Shown here in pieces: positions 25,737-36,031 of a stretch of 64,000 nt of DNA (its first letter is position 1; every line of letters begins with the position of its first letter). A program made the translations under genes and the position numbers. Location of the stretch: the NCBI GenBank assembly GCA_029218405.1, contig JAQXRG010000095.1, positions 2,399 to 66,398 on the forward strand. Reading direction: 5' to 3'. The notes beneath the pieces were generated by a model. The model saw only the letters and a list, made by a program, of their open reading frames with translations. It did no database searches and was not told where the DNA came from. Origin of the DNA: Bacteroidales bacterium. GTDB taxonomy: Bacteria > Bacteroidota > Bacteroidia > Bacteroidales > Bacteroidaceae.

Positions 25737-27461
25737 CTAATGGTTCCGGCTCGGCTTGATGTCCTCAATCTGCAGCTGGATGTCCCCCCGTTTGTGGGTG
25801 TTCTCCTCGATGGTATAACAGATGTTGAACGACTGCTTGGTCTTGATGAAGCGCGCCTGCGAGCTTTGGCCGAAGGCGATGCCGTTCATCACATTGTTCG
25901 ACTTGTTGTCCACCAGCTCCAGCTTGATGTGTTCCTGGTCGCGGCCCACTACCTTGCTGGTGCCGTAGTCATAGACGTTGAGGGTACAGAACACCGGCTT
26001 GTGGTTGTCCGGCCCGAAGGGGTTGAACTTCTTCAGGTCGAAAAAGAACTTGGGGGTGATGTCGCGGAAGTCCAGTTGCGCGTCGATGTCGATGGTGGCG
26101 CTCATCTGCTCGGGCAGGATGTGCTCGGTGACGTACGCCTCGAACCGTCGGGTGAACTCCGGTACGTTCTCTACCCGCATGGACAGGCCGGCGGCATACG
26201 TATGGCCACCGAAGTTCTCCAGCAGGTCACGGCAGTGTTCGATGGCCTTGTACACATCGAAGCCGGATACAGAGCGGGCGGAGCCTGTGGCCAGGTTGTC
26301 GGTGCGGGTCAGTACCACCGCCGGACGGTAGTAGATTTCCGTGAGCCGGGAGGCGACGATGCCAATGACTCCTTTGTGCCAGGCCTCGTTGAACAGGACG
26401 ATAGAACGATGTTCGGAAAGGTTGGCAACCCGTTCCACAATCCGGTTGGCCTCTTCGGTCATGCTCTTGTCCAGGTCCTTGCGTGTCTCGTTGTATTGGT
26501 TGATGTGGGCCCCTTTCCGGAGAGCTGTCTTGATGTCTTTCTCGATGAGCAGGTCCACTGCCTCCTTGCCGTTTTGGATGCGTCCCGACGCATTGATGCG
26601 CGGACCTATCTTGAAGACGATGTCACTCATGTTGATTTCGCGGTCGCTCAGTCCGCACACATCAATGATGGCTTTCAGGCCCACGCTGGGGTTCGTGTTC
26701 AGCTGCCGCAGTCCGTGATAGGCCAGGATGCGGTTCTCGCCCATGATGGGCACGATGTCCGACGCGATGCTGACCGCCACCAGGTCGAGGAACTGGTGGA
26801 GTTGGTGCAGTTCGATGCCGTTGCTCAACGCGAAGGCCTGCATGAACTTGAAGCCCACGCCGCAACCCGACAGGTGTTCGTACGGATAGGTAGAGTCCGC
26901 CCGCTTCGGGTTCAGAATAGCCACTGCCGGTGGCAGCTGCTCATCGGGGACATGATGGTCGCAGATGATGAAGTCAATGCCTTTTTCCCGTGCATAAGCG
27001 ATTTCCTCGACCGCCTTGATGCCGCAGTCGAGCACGATGACCAGTTGTACGCCGGTGCTGGCGGCGTAGTCCACCCCCTTCGTCGATACTCCATACCCTT
27101 CGTTGTAGCGGTCGGGGATGTAGTAGTCGATGTTCGAATAGAACTGCTGAAGGAATTTGTACACCAATGCGACGGCGGTGGTTCCGTCCACATCGTAGTC
27201 TCCGTACACCAGGATACGTTCTTTACGGCCCAGGGCAAGGTTCAGCCGTTCCACGGCTTTTTCCATGTCGCGCATGAGAAAAGGGTCGTGGAGTTCTGTC
27301 AGCTGCGGGCGGAAGAAACTTTTGGCTTCTTCCGCTGTCCGGATGCCCCTTTCCTGAAGCAGCCGGCACAGGATGGGGCTGATGCCGATGTCTTTTGCCA
27401 GGGCACGTGCGGCTTCACGTTGCTCTTGTGTAGGAGGTTGGTAGTTCCATTTGTAATTCAT
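25737..27461 (-). CDS. recJ: ssDNA exonuclease RecJ
   Basis: GDYDVDG, DCG, DHH, GSARS and FGGH. Confidence 0.96.
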   Translation of the reverse strand: MNYKWNYQPPTQEQREAARALAKDIGISPILCRLLQERGIRTAEEAKSFFRPQLTELHDPFLMRDMEKAVERLNLALGRKERILVYGDYDVDGTTAVALVYKFLQQFYSNIDYYIPDRYNEGYGVSTKGVDYAASTGVQLVIVLDCGIKAVEEIAYAREKGIDFIICDHHVPDEQLPPAVAILNPKRADSTYPYEHLSGCGVGFKFMQAFALSNGIELHQLHQFLDLVAVSIASDIVPIMGENRILAYHGLRQLNTNPSVGLKAIIDVCGLSDREINMSDIVFKIGPRINASGRIQNGKEAVDLLIEKDIKTALRKGAHINQYNETRKDLDKSMTEEANRIVERVANLSEHRSIVLFNEAWHKGVIGIVASRLTEIYYRPAVVLTRTDNLATGSARSVSGFDVYKAIEHCRDLLENFGGHTYAAGLSMRVENVPEFTRRFEAYVTEHILPEQMSATIDIDAQLDFRDITPKFFFDLKKFNPFGPDNHKPVFCTLNVYDYGTSKVVGRDQEHIKLELVDNKSNNVMNGIAFGQSSQARFIKTKQSFNICYTIEENTHKRGDIQLQIEDIKPSRNH

Positions 27462-27677
27462 TATATAGTGTTTTTTCTTTTCAGCTTCAGGGCCTTACCG
27501 TTCAGGGAAAGGCAGGTTTGTACCGGTGTTGTTACCGGTACTCCATTTCAATCCGTAAAGTTAGCAAAAAAGAAGCAAACAAACGTGGTGTTTTTCGTTA
27601 TATTTCGTAAAATAGGGTTGTAAGAGGGAAATACCCTACTGTCACCGTTGGTGGGAGGGGGATTCCCCGGATTTTTG

Positions 27678-27991
27678 TCAAGGCAGAATTAAGGGGTCGA
27701 AGTCCAAATCGATGCCGTCTCTCTTCAGACCTCTGGCAAAAGAACGGTCGATGTAGAAAGGCTCGTACTTTGACAAGGGAGCGATGAAGTTGTGGCGGTA
27801 GAACATCAGCATTCGCTGTAATGGCTGCCTTTCCCACTGATATGGTCTCCTGTATCATCCCCTACATATTCGGCCATGGCTTCTTTGTCCTTGGAGTTGA
27901 TGCGCTCCAGATGTATGGGTGTATAGACCTCGTCGTGAGGGGTGTTCTCCACCGGCCGGTGGCTGCATACGAAAATTTTCAGCTTGTTCAT
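27678..27991 (-). pseudogene. Internally deleted DUF4422-like (polysaccharide glycosyltransferase-associated) gene remnant
   Basis: KIFVCSH...YTPIHL...GDDTGDHIS...YSE N-terminus stops at 27806. Another frame continues LMFYRHNF... to a TGA at 27678. Confidence 0.65.
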
Positions 27992-28074
27992 GTAGATATC
28001 TTTTTGAGAATTGGCCCAGTAGATGTCTCATCGGTGAGCATCTGCTGGGCCAACCTGATTGCCTGATGATAAAA

Positions 28075-29283
28075 TTACTTCACGCCCAGCTTCTTGGCAA
28101 TGGCGGCGGGAAGAGCCTTCTTGTTGACAAGGATGTTCATGGTCTTGTAACGGACAAATGCCTTGGAGGCGTACCATTTGCCTTCATACTTGCCGGCCTT
28201 GCCCCAAGAGTTCTTCACCATGTAGTATTCGTTGCCTTCCTGGTCCTTGGCGATGCCGTAAATCTGCATGCCATGGTCGTCGGTAGTCTCGAAGTTGTCG
28301 TAGGCTTCCTGACGCTCTTCCTGGGTGCACCACTTCTGCGGCTGCGGCTTTGTGTTGAGTTTCTTCTCTTCGGGTTTCATCTTCAGCCAGTGGGCCATGT
28401 CCGAACCGCTCAGTTCCTGTACCTTTAGGTCATCGGGCAGCACGGCGATACCGTCACGGGTGAAGCCTTGTTCGCTGACATCCGACCCCCAAGCGATGGT
28501 GTAGCCGTTCATGATGGCATTGTCGAACACTTCCATCAGTTCGTCGATGGGCAGGTTGTACGACTGTGCCCAGCGCCAGTTGTCCTGGATTTCCAGTACG
28601 AAGGGTTTGTAGAACGGATGATGGGTATAAGAGGTCAGGGAGATGTAGTCGTCAGGGTTCAGCCCCAGTGACTGGTAGAACGACTGAGGTGTGTATTCCT
28701 TGCCCTTGTAGGTGAACTTCTCAGGACATTGGCCCAGGTAGATGTCATGGATAGAGGCGATGGCCTTCTTCCACAGCGGACGACGGTCGCTGTCGGTCTG
28801 CAGCTTGCGCAGGTTGCCTTTGGCGATGGCAGCCACAACCGCGTCGGATACGGCGGTCAGTTCGGTATGGTTGCTCAGCGTGTCGCCGTACATCACACCC
28901 GGGCGCATTTCTTCTTCGGGCACTAAGCCAAAGTGTTCCATGCCATACATCACGTCGTAGAACGAGCCACCCTGCGAGAACGATACGTCGCCGTGGGTGC
29001 GGACAGCCGCGTCGGCGCGGTCCAGGTAAGTCTGGTGAACGATGAACATCTCGGACAGGTCAAATTCCCCTTTGCCCATCCGCAGCAGTTCGGATTCCAG
29101 GAATGCCATGCTGGAGTAGCACCAGCACGTGCCGGCGCGGTTCTGGTTCTTGATGGACGTGATAGGATTCTCCTTCACGGTGGTAAACACGAAGCCTTCG
29201 TCGGCCTTGTTCTCGTCCGCATTCTGAGCGGTTGCTCCGCCGAAGCAAAGGCCTGCGGCGAGGAGCGCTAACATCTTTTTCAT
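28075..29283 (-). CDS. C1 family cysteine aminopeptidase (PepC-like), secreted
   Basis: QNRAGTCW, DDHGM and VKNSWG catalytic motifs; signal peptide. Confidence 0.92.
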   Translation of the reverse strand: MKKMLALLAAGLCFGGATAQNADENKADEGFVFTTVKENPITSIKNQNRAGTCWCYSSMAFLESELLRMGKGEFDLSEMFIVHQTYLDRADAAVRTHGDVSFSQGGSFYDVMYGMEHFGLVPEEEMRPGVMYGDTLSNHTELTAVSDAVVAAIAKGNLRKLQTDSDRRPLWKKAIASIHDIYLGQCPEKFTYKGKEYTPQSFYQSLGLNPDDYISLTSYTHHPFYKPFVLEIQDNWRWAQSYNLPIDELMEVFDNAIMNGYTIAWGSDVSEQGFTRDGIAVLPDDLKVQELSGSDMAHWLKMKPEEKKLNTKPQPQKWCTQEERQEAYDNFETTDDHGMQIYGIAKDQEGNEYYMVKNSWGKAGKYEGKWYASKAFVRYKTMNILVNKKALPAAIAKKLGVK

Positions 29284-29311
29284 TGTCGTTAGGATTTGAT
29301 AGGGTTAATAA

Positions 29312-30703
29312 TCAATTGTTCATGAACGTCTCCACCTCCTCAAGGGTAATGGGGATGCGCTGGTCGCCCGTAAACCGGGAGCCATCGGCGGTAATCAGGA
29401 TATCATCTTCCAGACGGATGCCGCCGAAGTCCTTGAAGCGGTCGATGGCGTCGAAGTTCAGGAAGTCGGTGTGCAGCCCTTCCGCCCGCCATTTGTCGAT
29501 GAGGGCAGGGATGAAGTAACAGCCCGGTTCATCGGTGATGACAAAGCCTTCTTCCAGTCGGCGTCCCATGCGGAGAGAAGCCAGCCCGAACTGGTCGGAT
29601 GGGCGTACTTCGTCATCATAACCTACATATACCTGGCCCAAGTCTTCCATGTCGTGCACGTCGATGCCCATCATGTGTCCCAGTCCGTGGGGCATAAACA
29701 AGGCGTGCGCTCCGGCGGCAACAGCCTCCTCAACGTTGCCTTTCATCAGTCCCAGGTCTTTCAGTCCTTGTGCCAGCACTTTGCAGACTTCCAGGTGGAC
29801 AGACTTGTAGGTCACACCCGGACGGGCCAGTTCCAAGGCTTTGTCGTGTCCGGCCAGTACGATGCTGTACACGTCGCGCTGACGGGCGGTAAAGCGTCCT
29901 CTCACCGGGACGGTACGGGTGTGGTCGGAGCAGTAATTGGTCACGCTTTCCGCCCCAGCGTCCGTCAGCATCAGCCGTCCGGTTTCCAGTATATGGCTGT
30001 GGTCGTGGTTGTGCAAGGTCTGTCCGTTCTGGGTCAGGATGGTGGCGAAAGAGACCATGTTGCCGTAAGAAGCGGCGATTCCGTCCAGCACTCCGGCGAT
30101 GTATCCCTCGGATACTCCTGGCTTGCAGAGGCGCATGGCGGCGGTGTGCATTTCGTAACCGATGTTGCAGGCCTTGTCAATTTCCGCGATTTCCAACGCG
30201 TCTTTCTTCGAACGGAGGTTGACCACCGCCTTGATGAGCTCCACTGAAGCGTAGGACTTGAGCAGAGAAGCACGGATGCCGGTCAGTTCCTCCAGCAGCA
30301 GCTGATTGTCATAGCGGTAAGGAGGCAGGAAATGAACCTTCCGTTGTTGGGCGATGGCCTTTTGCACAAAGTCTTTCAGCCGTGCGAAGGGGAAGCTCTT
30401 CTCGATGCCGATGCGGGCAGCCAGTTCCTTTACGGTAGGCTGAGGCCCCATCCAGATGATGTCATCCATAGTCACGTCGTCCCCGAAGAAATAGTCTTCT
30501 CCGGCCTCAATGTCGAGGATGGCGGCATAGCCCGGATGCGCGTGGCCTAAGAAATAGATGAACGAACTGTCCTGACGGTATTTATAGGTGTTGTCGGGAT
30601 AGTTGGCAGGTGCCTCGTTGTTTCCAAGCAGCAGGATGATGCCACTTCCTGTCTGCTGCCGCAGTGCGGCGCGGCGCTGTTGATATACTTGTGATTCAAA
30701 CAT
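29312..30703 (-). CDS. pepP: Xaa-Pro aminopeptidase (M24B)
   Basis: YRQDS, DAG, SDHTRT, HGLGHMMGIDVHD, DEPG and GIRLEDD. Confidence 0.92.
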   Translation of the reverse strand: MFESQVYQQRRAALRQQTGSGIILLLGNNEAPANYPDNTYKYRQDSSFIYFLGHAHPGYAAILDIEAGEDYFFGDDVTMDDIIWMGPQPTVKELAARIGIEKSFPFARLKDFVQKAIAQQRKVHFLPPYRYDNQLLLEELTGIRASLLKSYASVELIKAVVNLRSKKDALEIAEIDKACNIGYEMHTAAMRLCKPGVSEGYIAGVLDGIAASYGNMVSFATILTQNGQTLHNHDHSHILETGRLMLTDAGAESVTNYCSDHTRTVPVRGRFTARQRDVYSIVLAGHDKALELARPGVTYKSVHLEVCKVLAQGLKDLGLMKGNVEEAVAAGAHALFMPHGLGHMMGIDVHDMEDLGQVYVGYDDEVRPSDQFGLASLRMGRRLEEGFVITDEPGCYFIPALIDKWRAEGLHTDFLNFDAIDRFKDFGGIRLEDDILITADGSRFTGDQRIPITLEEVETFMNN

Positions 30704-30830
30704 GATGACAATGGTCTTTTAAGTGATGGATACTATATTTTCCGGCAAATGTAACAAATTTATCGATTCGATGGTACGAATTTCAAAATTAAATGTAAAT
30801 TTGCAGGGAACAACAAAAATGTAGATGCGT

Positions 30831-31676
30831 ATGGAACTGGACTTGAAGACAACCGGACTGGTGCTCGAAGGAGGTGGAATGCGGGGCGTGTTCACTTGTG
30901 GAGTGCTGGATTACCTGATGGACCATCAGATTGAATTTCCCTATGGCGTGGGCGTATCGGCGGGGGCCTGTAACGGGCTCTCTTATCTGTCCCGTCAGCG
31001 GGGCAGGGCGAAGTACAGCAATATTGATATGCTGGAAAAATACCATTATATCGGCTTGAAGTACCTATGGTACCAGCGTAGCATCCTCGACCAGAAGCTG
31101 TTGTACGAGACCTTCCCCGAAAAGTTGGTGCCTTTCGACTATGCGGCCTGTTTCCGCAACCCGATGCGCTTCGAGATGGTCACGACCAACTGCGTGACGG
31201 GACGGGCCTGTTACTTAGCGGAACGGGCGGACAAGGACCGGCTCATCGCCATTGCCAAGGCATCGAGCAGCTTGCCCTACGTCTGTCCGATGACGTGGGT
31301 GGACGGTGTGCCGATGCTGGACGGTGGTATCGTGGACTCCATCCCTGTATTGAGGGCCATCAGCCAAGGATACCGGACCAATCTCGTGGTGCTGACCCGC
31401 AACAAAGGCTACCGGAAGTCGGAGAAGGACATCCGGGTGCCTCATTTCATTTACCGCCGCTATCCCCGGTTGCGGGTGGTGCTCAGTAACCGTTGCCGGG
31501 CCTACAACGAACAGCTGGAGATGGTGGAACGGATGGAGGACGAAGGAAGTATCCTGGTTATCCGTCCGCAAGCGCCCGTCACGGTGAACCGCATCGAGAA
31601 AGACGTGAAGAAGCTCACCGCCCTTTACGACGAGGGATACGCCTGTGCGGGGGAAGTGCTGAACGGGAGACTTTAG
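30831..31676 (+). CDS. Patatin-like phospholipase (DUF6363 C-terminus)
   Basis: LEGGGMRG, GVSAG and LDGG. Confidence 0.92.
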   Translation: MELDLKTTGLVLEGGGMRGVFTCGVLDYLMDHQIEFPYGVGVSAGACNGLSYLSRQRGRAKYSNIDMLEKYHYIGLKYLWYQRSILDQKLLYETFPEKLVPFDYAACFRNPMRFEMVTTNCVTGRACYLAERADKDRLIAIAKASSSLPYVCPMTWVDGVPMLDGGIVDSIPVLRAISQGYRTNLVVLTRNKGYRKSEKDIRVPHFIYRRYPRLRVVLSNRCRAYNEQLEMVERMEDEGSILVIRPQAPVTVNRIEKDVKKLTALYDEGYACAGEVLNGRL

Positions 31677-32326
31677 CGGAGCAGTTGTTCCTTCAGCTCC
31701 TCCACTGTGTCGGCAATGAAGTGAGGAGCGTATGACTCGAGCTCTGTGCGCGGACGGAATCCCCAGCTCACACCGAAGGTGGTGACCCCCGCGTTATGGC
31801 CGGTCTGCATATCGACGGACGAGTCGCCCACATACGCCGTCTCTTCAGCGCTGGCACCTGCTTCCTGAATGATTTCGCGCACCACCTGTGGGTCGGGTTT
31901 GGTAGGAATGCCTTCCCGTTGGCCATAGATGGCTGTGAAATGGATGGAGGGGAAAAACTGTCGGATGAGTTTCTCGGTCGCTGCCTGGTATTTGTTCGAA
32001 GCCACGGCTACCTGTACGCCCTGTTGCTGAAGATGGCTGAGTAGTTCCGGAATGCCCGGATAGGGACGGCTCAGGTCGGCGTTGTGTATCGTATAATAAG
32101 GTATAAAGAACGACCGCATCTTCCGCATGTTCGTTGGGGTGCGTTCTGTTTCCGGCAACGCCCGCTCAAACAGCTTGTCGATGCCGTTTCCCACAAAGAA
32201 CCGGTAGGCCTCGGTGGGGTGGACCGGGTAACCGCAGGCTTGCAGTGCCTGGTTGGTGGCGGCCGCCAGGTCGGCGATGGTGTCGAGCAGCGTACCGTCC
32301 AAGTCGAAAATGATAAGTTTCTTCAT
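31673..32326 (-). CDS. HAD family phosphatase (phosphoglycolate phosphatase-like)
   Basis: FDLDGTLLD, SNK, KPDP and VGDS. Confidence 0.92.
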   Translation of the reverse strand: MKKLIIFDLDGTLLDTIADLAAATNQALQACGYPVHPTEAYRFFVGNGIDKLFERALPETERTPTNMRKMRSFFIPYYTIHNADLSRPYPGIPELLSHLQQQGVQVAVASNKYQAATEKLIRQFFPSIHFTAIYGQREGIPTKPDPQVVREIIQEAGASAEETAYVGDSSVDMQTGHNAGVTTFGVSWGFRPRTELESYAPHFIADTVEELKEQLLR

Positions 32327-32566
32327 CTTGATAACCTGTTAGCGTTTTCTGTCGGCAAAAGTACAAATAATTTGCTATCCGGGGTTGCTTTTGTGAGCGG
32401 TTTTTGTAAAAGAACAGTAAAAAGTTTCTGTTCTGCTTCGGTTTTTTAATTATTTTAAGAGAATCTTCGCGTCAGTTAGCTTGCCTTTCTGTACTTTTGG
32501 GGCGTATTTCGTGAAGTAGTATTCGCGAAGTGCATGAATTGTAACGATTAATATACTATTTAAGGT

Positions 32567-32821
32567 ATGGGAAACATTGGATTAGGATTAATGCTGATGG
32601 TCATCGGTATGTGTACCGTCTTCATCATTCTACTCATTGTCATTTGGGGCAGCACGCTGCTGATCAAGCTGGTCAACAGGGTGGCGCCGGAAGAGGCTCC
32701 TAAGAAGCCGGTGGCAACTCCTTCCTCGCCCGCCAATGCGGCGGCGATGGATGCCATCAAGGCGGCTGTGGACATCCTGACCGCCGGTAAGGGCCAAGTG
32801 ATAAAGATAGAAAAATTATGA
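32567..32821 (+). CDS. oadG: Na+-transporting decarboxylase gamma subunit (OadG family)
   Basis: One TM helix with GMCTVF, a Pro/Ala linker and AIKAAV; first gene of the operon. Confidence 0.85.
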   Translation: MGNIGLGLMLMVIGMCTVFIILLIVIWGSTLLIKLVNRVAPEEAPKKPVATPSSPANAAAMDAIKAAVDILTAGKGQVIKIEKL

Positions 32822-32854
32822 TGATCCTACATTAGAAAACATTTACTTACACAA

Positions 32855-34714
32855 ATGGAAAGAGAAGTAAAATTCAGTCTGGTCTTCCGCGACATGTGGC
32901 AGAGTGCCGGTAAGTACGTTCCGCGCGTTGACCAGTTGGTAAAAGTGGCTCCGGCCATTGTTGAAATGGGTTGTTTCGCCCGTGTGGAAACGAACGGCGG
33001 TGGTTTTGAACAGGTAAATTTGTTGTTTGGTGAGAACCCGAACAATGCGGTTCGTCAGTGGACGAAGCCGTTTCACGAAGCAGGTATTCAGACGCACATG
33101 TTGGACCGTGCCTTGAACGGCCTGCGCATGAGTCCGGTTCCGGCCGATGTGAGAAAGTTATTTTATAAGGTGAAGAAGGCACAGGGTACAGACATTACCC
33201 GTACGTTCTGCGGCTTGAACGATGTCCGTAACATTATCCCTTCCATCGGTTATGCCCATGAAGCGGGCATGATTTCGCAGTGCAGCCTCTGCATCACCTA
33301 TTCACCCATCCATACGGTGGACTACTACTTGGGCATCGCCCGGCAGTTGATTGACGCCGGTTGCGATGAAATCTGCATCAAGGACATGGCAGGTATCGGC
33401 CGTCCGGTCTTCCTCGGACAGATTGTGTCTGGTATCAAGAAAATCAAGGATATCCCCATCCAGTACCATTCCCATGCCGGTCCCGGCTTTAACATGGCTT
33501 CTATTCTTGAAGTCTGCAAGGCGGGTTGTGACTATGTGGACGTAGGTATGGACCCGCTGTCGTGGGGTACGGGCCACGCAGATGTCATCAGTGTGCAGGC
33601 CATGCTGAAGGACGCTGGCTTCAAGGTGGCGGACATCAACATGTCGGCCTACATGAAGGTACGCTCGCTCGTACAGGAGTTTATGGATGATTTCCTTGGC
33701 CTGTACATCAGCCCGAAGAACCGCATGATGAACTCCTTGCTGATTGCTCCGGGCCTGCCGGGCGGTATGATGGGTAGCCTGATGGCGGACCTCGACTCGA
33801 ACCTGGAGTCCATCAACAAGTACAAGGCAAAACGTAACCTGCCGTTCATGACACAGGACGAACTGCTGATTAAGCTGTTCGACGAAGTGGCGTATGTATG
33901 GCCGCGGGTAGGCTATCCCTGCTTGGTGACTCCCTTCAGCCAGTACGTAAAGAACCTGGCCATGATGAACGTCATCCAGATGGAGAAGGGCAAGGAACGC
34001 TGGGGTATCATCGCCGACAATATTTGGGACATGATTCTGGGCAAGGCCGGCCAGTTGCCGGGTCCGTTGGCACCGGAAATCATTGAGAAGGCCGAACGCG
34101 AGGGACGCAAGTTCTTCACAGGCGACCCGCAAGACAATTTCCCCGACCAGTTAGAGAAATACCGTCAGCTGATGTGGGAGAAGAAGTGGGAGACCGGTCA
34201 GGACGACGAGGAACTCTTCGAATATGCCATGCATCCCGAACAGTACGAGGCGTACAAGAGCGGTAAGGCAAAGGCCGACTTCCTGGCCGACGTGAAGAAG
34301 CGTCGGGAAGAGAAGGAAGAGGTACACATCGCCAACGAGCCGACCAAGGTGCTGACGGTGGATGTGAACGGACAGCCCTACCGCGTGACGGTGGCGTTTG
34401 GTGACGTGAATCCCGCCAAGTTGGCGGCGGCCAATGGTGCGGCTCCCGCAGCGGTTTCTGCCGCTCCTGTACAGGCGGGCGAGGGCAAGGAAATCCTGGC
34501 TCCGCTGGAAGGTAAGTTCTTCCTGACCAAGGGTACGGACGAGACTCCTGTCAAGGTGGGCGACAAGGTGAACCCGGGCGACGTGCTTTGCTACGTGGAA
34601 GCCATGAAGACCTTCAACGCCGTACGTGCCGAGTTCGCAGGTACGGTGACGGCTATCTGCTATCACTCCGGCGATTCAGTATCAGAAGATGATGTATTAA
34701 TGAAGATATTATAA
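32855..34714 (+). CDS. oadA: Oxaloacetate decarboxylase alpha-like subunit (carboxyltransferase plus biotinyl domain)
   Basis: RDMWQS, IKDMAG, HSH, PGGM, LVTPFSQ and the EAMK biotin site. Confidence 0.85.
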   Translation: MEREVKFSLVFRDMWQSAGKYVPRVDQLVKVAPAIVEMGCFARVETNGGGFEQVNLLFGENPNNAVRQWTKPFHEAGIQTHMLDRALNGLRMSPVPADVRKLFYKVKKAQGTDITRTFCGLNDVRNIIPSIGYAHEAGMISQCSLCITYSPIHTVDYYLGIARQLIDAGCDEICIKDMAGIGRPVFLGQIVSGIKKIKDIPIQYHSHAGPGFNMASILEVCKAGCDYVDVGMDPLSWGTGHADVISVQAMLKDAGFKVADINMSAYMKVRSLVQEFMDDFLGLYISPKNRMMNSLLIAPGLPGGMMGSLMADLDSNLESINKYKAKRNLPFMTQDELLIKLFDEVAYVWPRVGYPCLVTPFSQYVKNLAMMNVIQMEKGKERWGIIADNIWDMILGKAGQLPGPLAPEIIEKAEREGRKFFTGDPQDNFPDQLEKYRQLMWEKKWETGQDDEELFEYAMHPEQYEAYKSGKAKADFLADVKKRREEKEEVHIANEPTKVLTVDVNGQPYRVTVAFGDVNPAKLAAANGAAPAAVSAAPVQAGEGKEILAPLEGKFFLTKGTDETPVKVGDKVNPGDVLCYVEAMKTFNAVRAEFAGTVTAICYHSGDSVSEDDVLMKIL

Positions 34715-35949
34715 TGGAAGAGATTTTTGAGAAACTATATGAAATGACCGCGTTCAGCAACATTGCTGCCGATCCGCGGTTCATCATCATGTACGTCATC
34801 GCGTTCGTGCTGCTCTACTTGGGCATCAAGAAGCAGTACGAGCCGTTGCTGCTGGTGCCCATTGCCTTCGGGGTGTTGCTGGCCAACTTTCCCGGCGGTG
34901 ACATGGGGGTCGTGCAGGCTGACGAGAACGGCATGGTGATGGTGAATGGCGTGGCGAAGAACATCTGGGAAATGCCGCTGCACGAGATCGCGCACGACCT
35001 GGGCCTGATGAACTTCATCTATTACATGCTCATCAAGACCGGTTTCCTGCCTCCTGTCATCTTTATGGGGGTAGGTGCGCTGACCGACTTCGGCCCCATG
35101 TTGCGCAACCTCCGTCTGTCTATCTTCGGTGCGGCCGCACAGCTGGGTATCTTCACCGTATTGCTGGTGGCTATCCTGATGGGCTTTACTCCGAACGAGG
35201 CAGCCTCATTGGGTATTATCGGTGGTGCCGACGGTCCTACGGCAATCTTCACCACCATTAAGCTGGCGCCCCATTTGCTGGGCCCCATCGCCATTGCGGC
35301 GTATTCCTACATGGCGTTGGTGCCGGTCATCATTCCCTTGGTAGCTCGTCTGTGGTGTTCGAAGAAGGAGCTGTCCATCAACATGAAAGAACAGGAGAAG
35401 AAATATCCTTCTAATTTGGAAATCAAGAACCTGCGTGTGTTGAAGATTGTCTTCCCCATTGCTACGACCACGGTAGTGGCTTTGTTCGTACCGTCTGCAG
35501 TGCCTTTGGTGGGCATGCTGATGTTCGGTAACCTGGTGAAGGAGATCGGTAGCAACACCTCCCGTTTGTTTGATGCCGCTTCCAACAGCATTATGAATGC
35601 CGCTACCATTTTCCTCGGAATTTCGGTGGGTGCTACCATGACCATCGACGCCTTCCTGAACTGGACCACTATTGGTATTGTGGTAGGTGGTTTCCTGGCG
35701 TTCGCCCTGTCCATCACAGGGGGTATCTTCTTTGTGAAGGTGTACAACCTCTTCACCAAGAAGAAAATCAATCCGTTGATTGGTGCCACGGGCCTGAGTG
35801 CTGTGCCTATGGCCAGCCGTGTGGCCAATGAGATTGCCTTGAAGTACGACCCGAAGAACCATGTCCTGCAGTATTGCATGGCCAGCAACATCTCGGGGGT
35901 GATCGGCTCTGCCGTAGCCGCCGGTGTGCTGATTTCGTTCTTGGGATAA
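34714..35949 (+). CDS. oadB: Na+-translocating decarboxylase beta subunit
   Basis: YEPLLLVPI, IIGGADGPT, AAYSYMAL and SAVPMA. Confidence 0.93.
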   Translation: MEEIFEKLYEMTAFSNIAADPRFIIMYVIAFVLLYLGIKKQYEPLLLVPIAFGVLLANFPGGDMGVVQADENGMVMVNGVAKNIWEMPLHEIAHDLGLMNFIYYMLIKTGFLPPVIFMGVGALTDFGPMLRNLRLSIFGAAAQLGIFTVLLVAILMGFTPNEAASLGIIGGADGPTAIFTTIKLAPHLLGPIAIAAYSYMALVPVIIPLVARLWCSKKELSINMKEQEKKYPSNLEIKNLRVLKIVFPIATTTVVALFVPSAVPLVGMLMFGNLVKEIGSNTSRLFDAASNSIMNAATIFLGISVGATMTIDAFLNWTTIGIVVGGFLAFALSITGGIFFVKVYNLFTKKKINPLIGATGLSAVPMASRVANEIALKYDPKNHVLQYCMASNISGVIGSAVAAGVLISFLG

Positions 35950-35958
35950 ATAATTAGC

Positions 35959-36029
35959 TGAGGCGTTTAAAGGCAGGTGGGAGACGCAGTGTTCCCATCC
36001 TCCCTTTAAACGCCTCAAGATTTTTTTCA
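35959..36029 (+). terminator. Long hairpin / terminator after oadB
   Basis: 15-bp perfect outer stem TGAGGCGTTTAAAGG / CCTTTAAACGCCTCA plus an inner stem, followed by a T-run. Confidence 0.7.
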
Positions 36030-36031
36030 TC

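Noticed and set aside
35950-36031. Fluoride riboswitch upstream of crcB
   Set aside because: The conserved GGnGATGGnGTTCnCC...GCTnATGAC pattern is not present; there is only a long simple hairpin.
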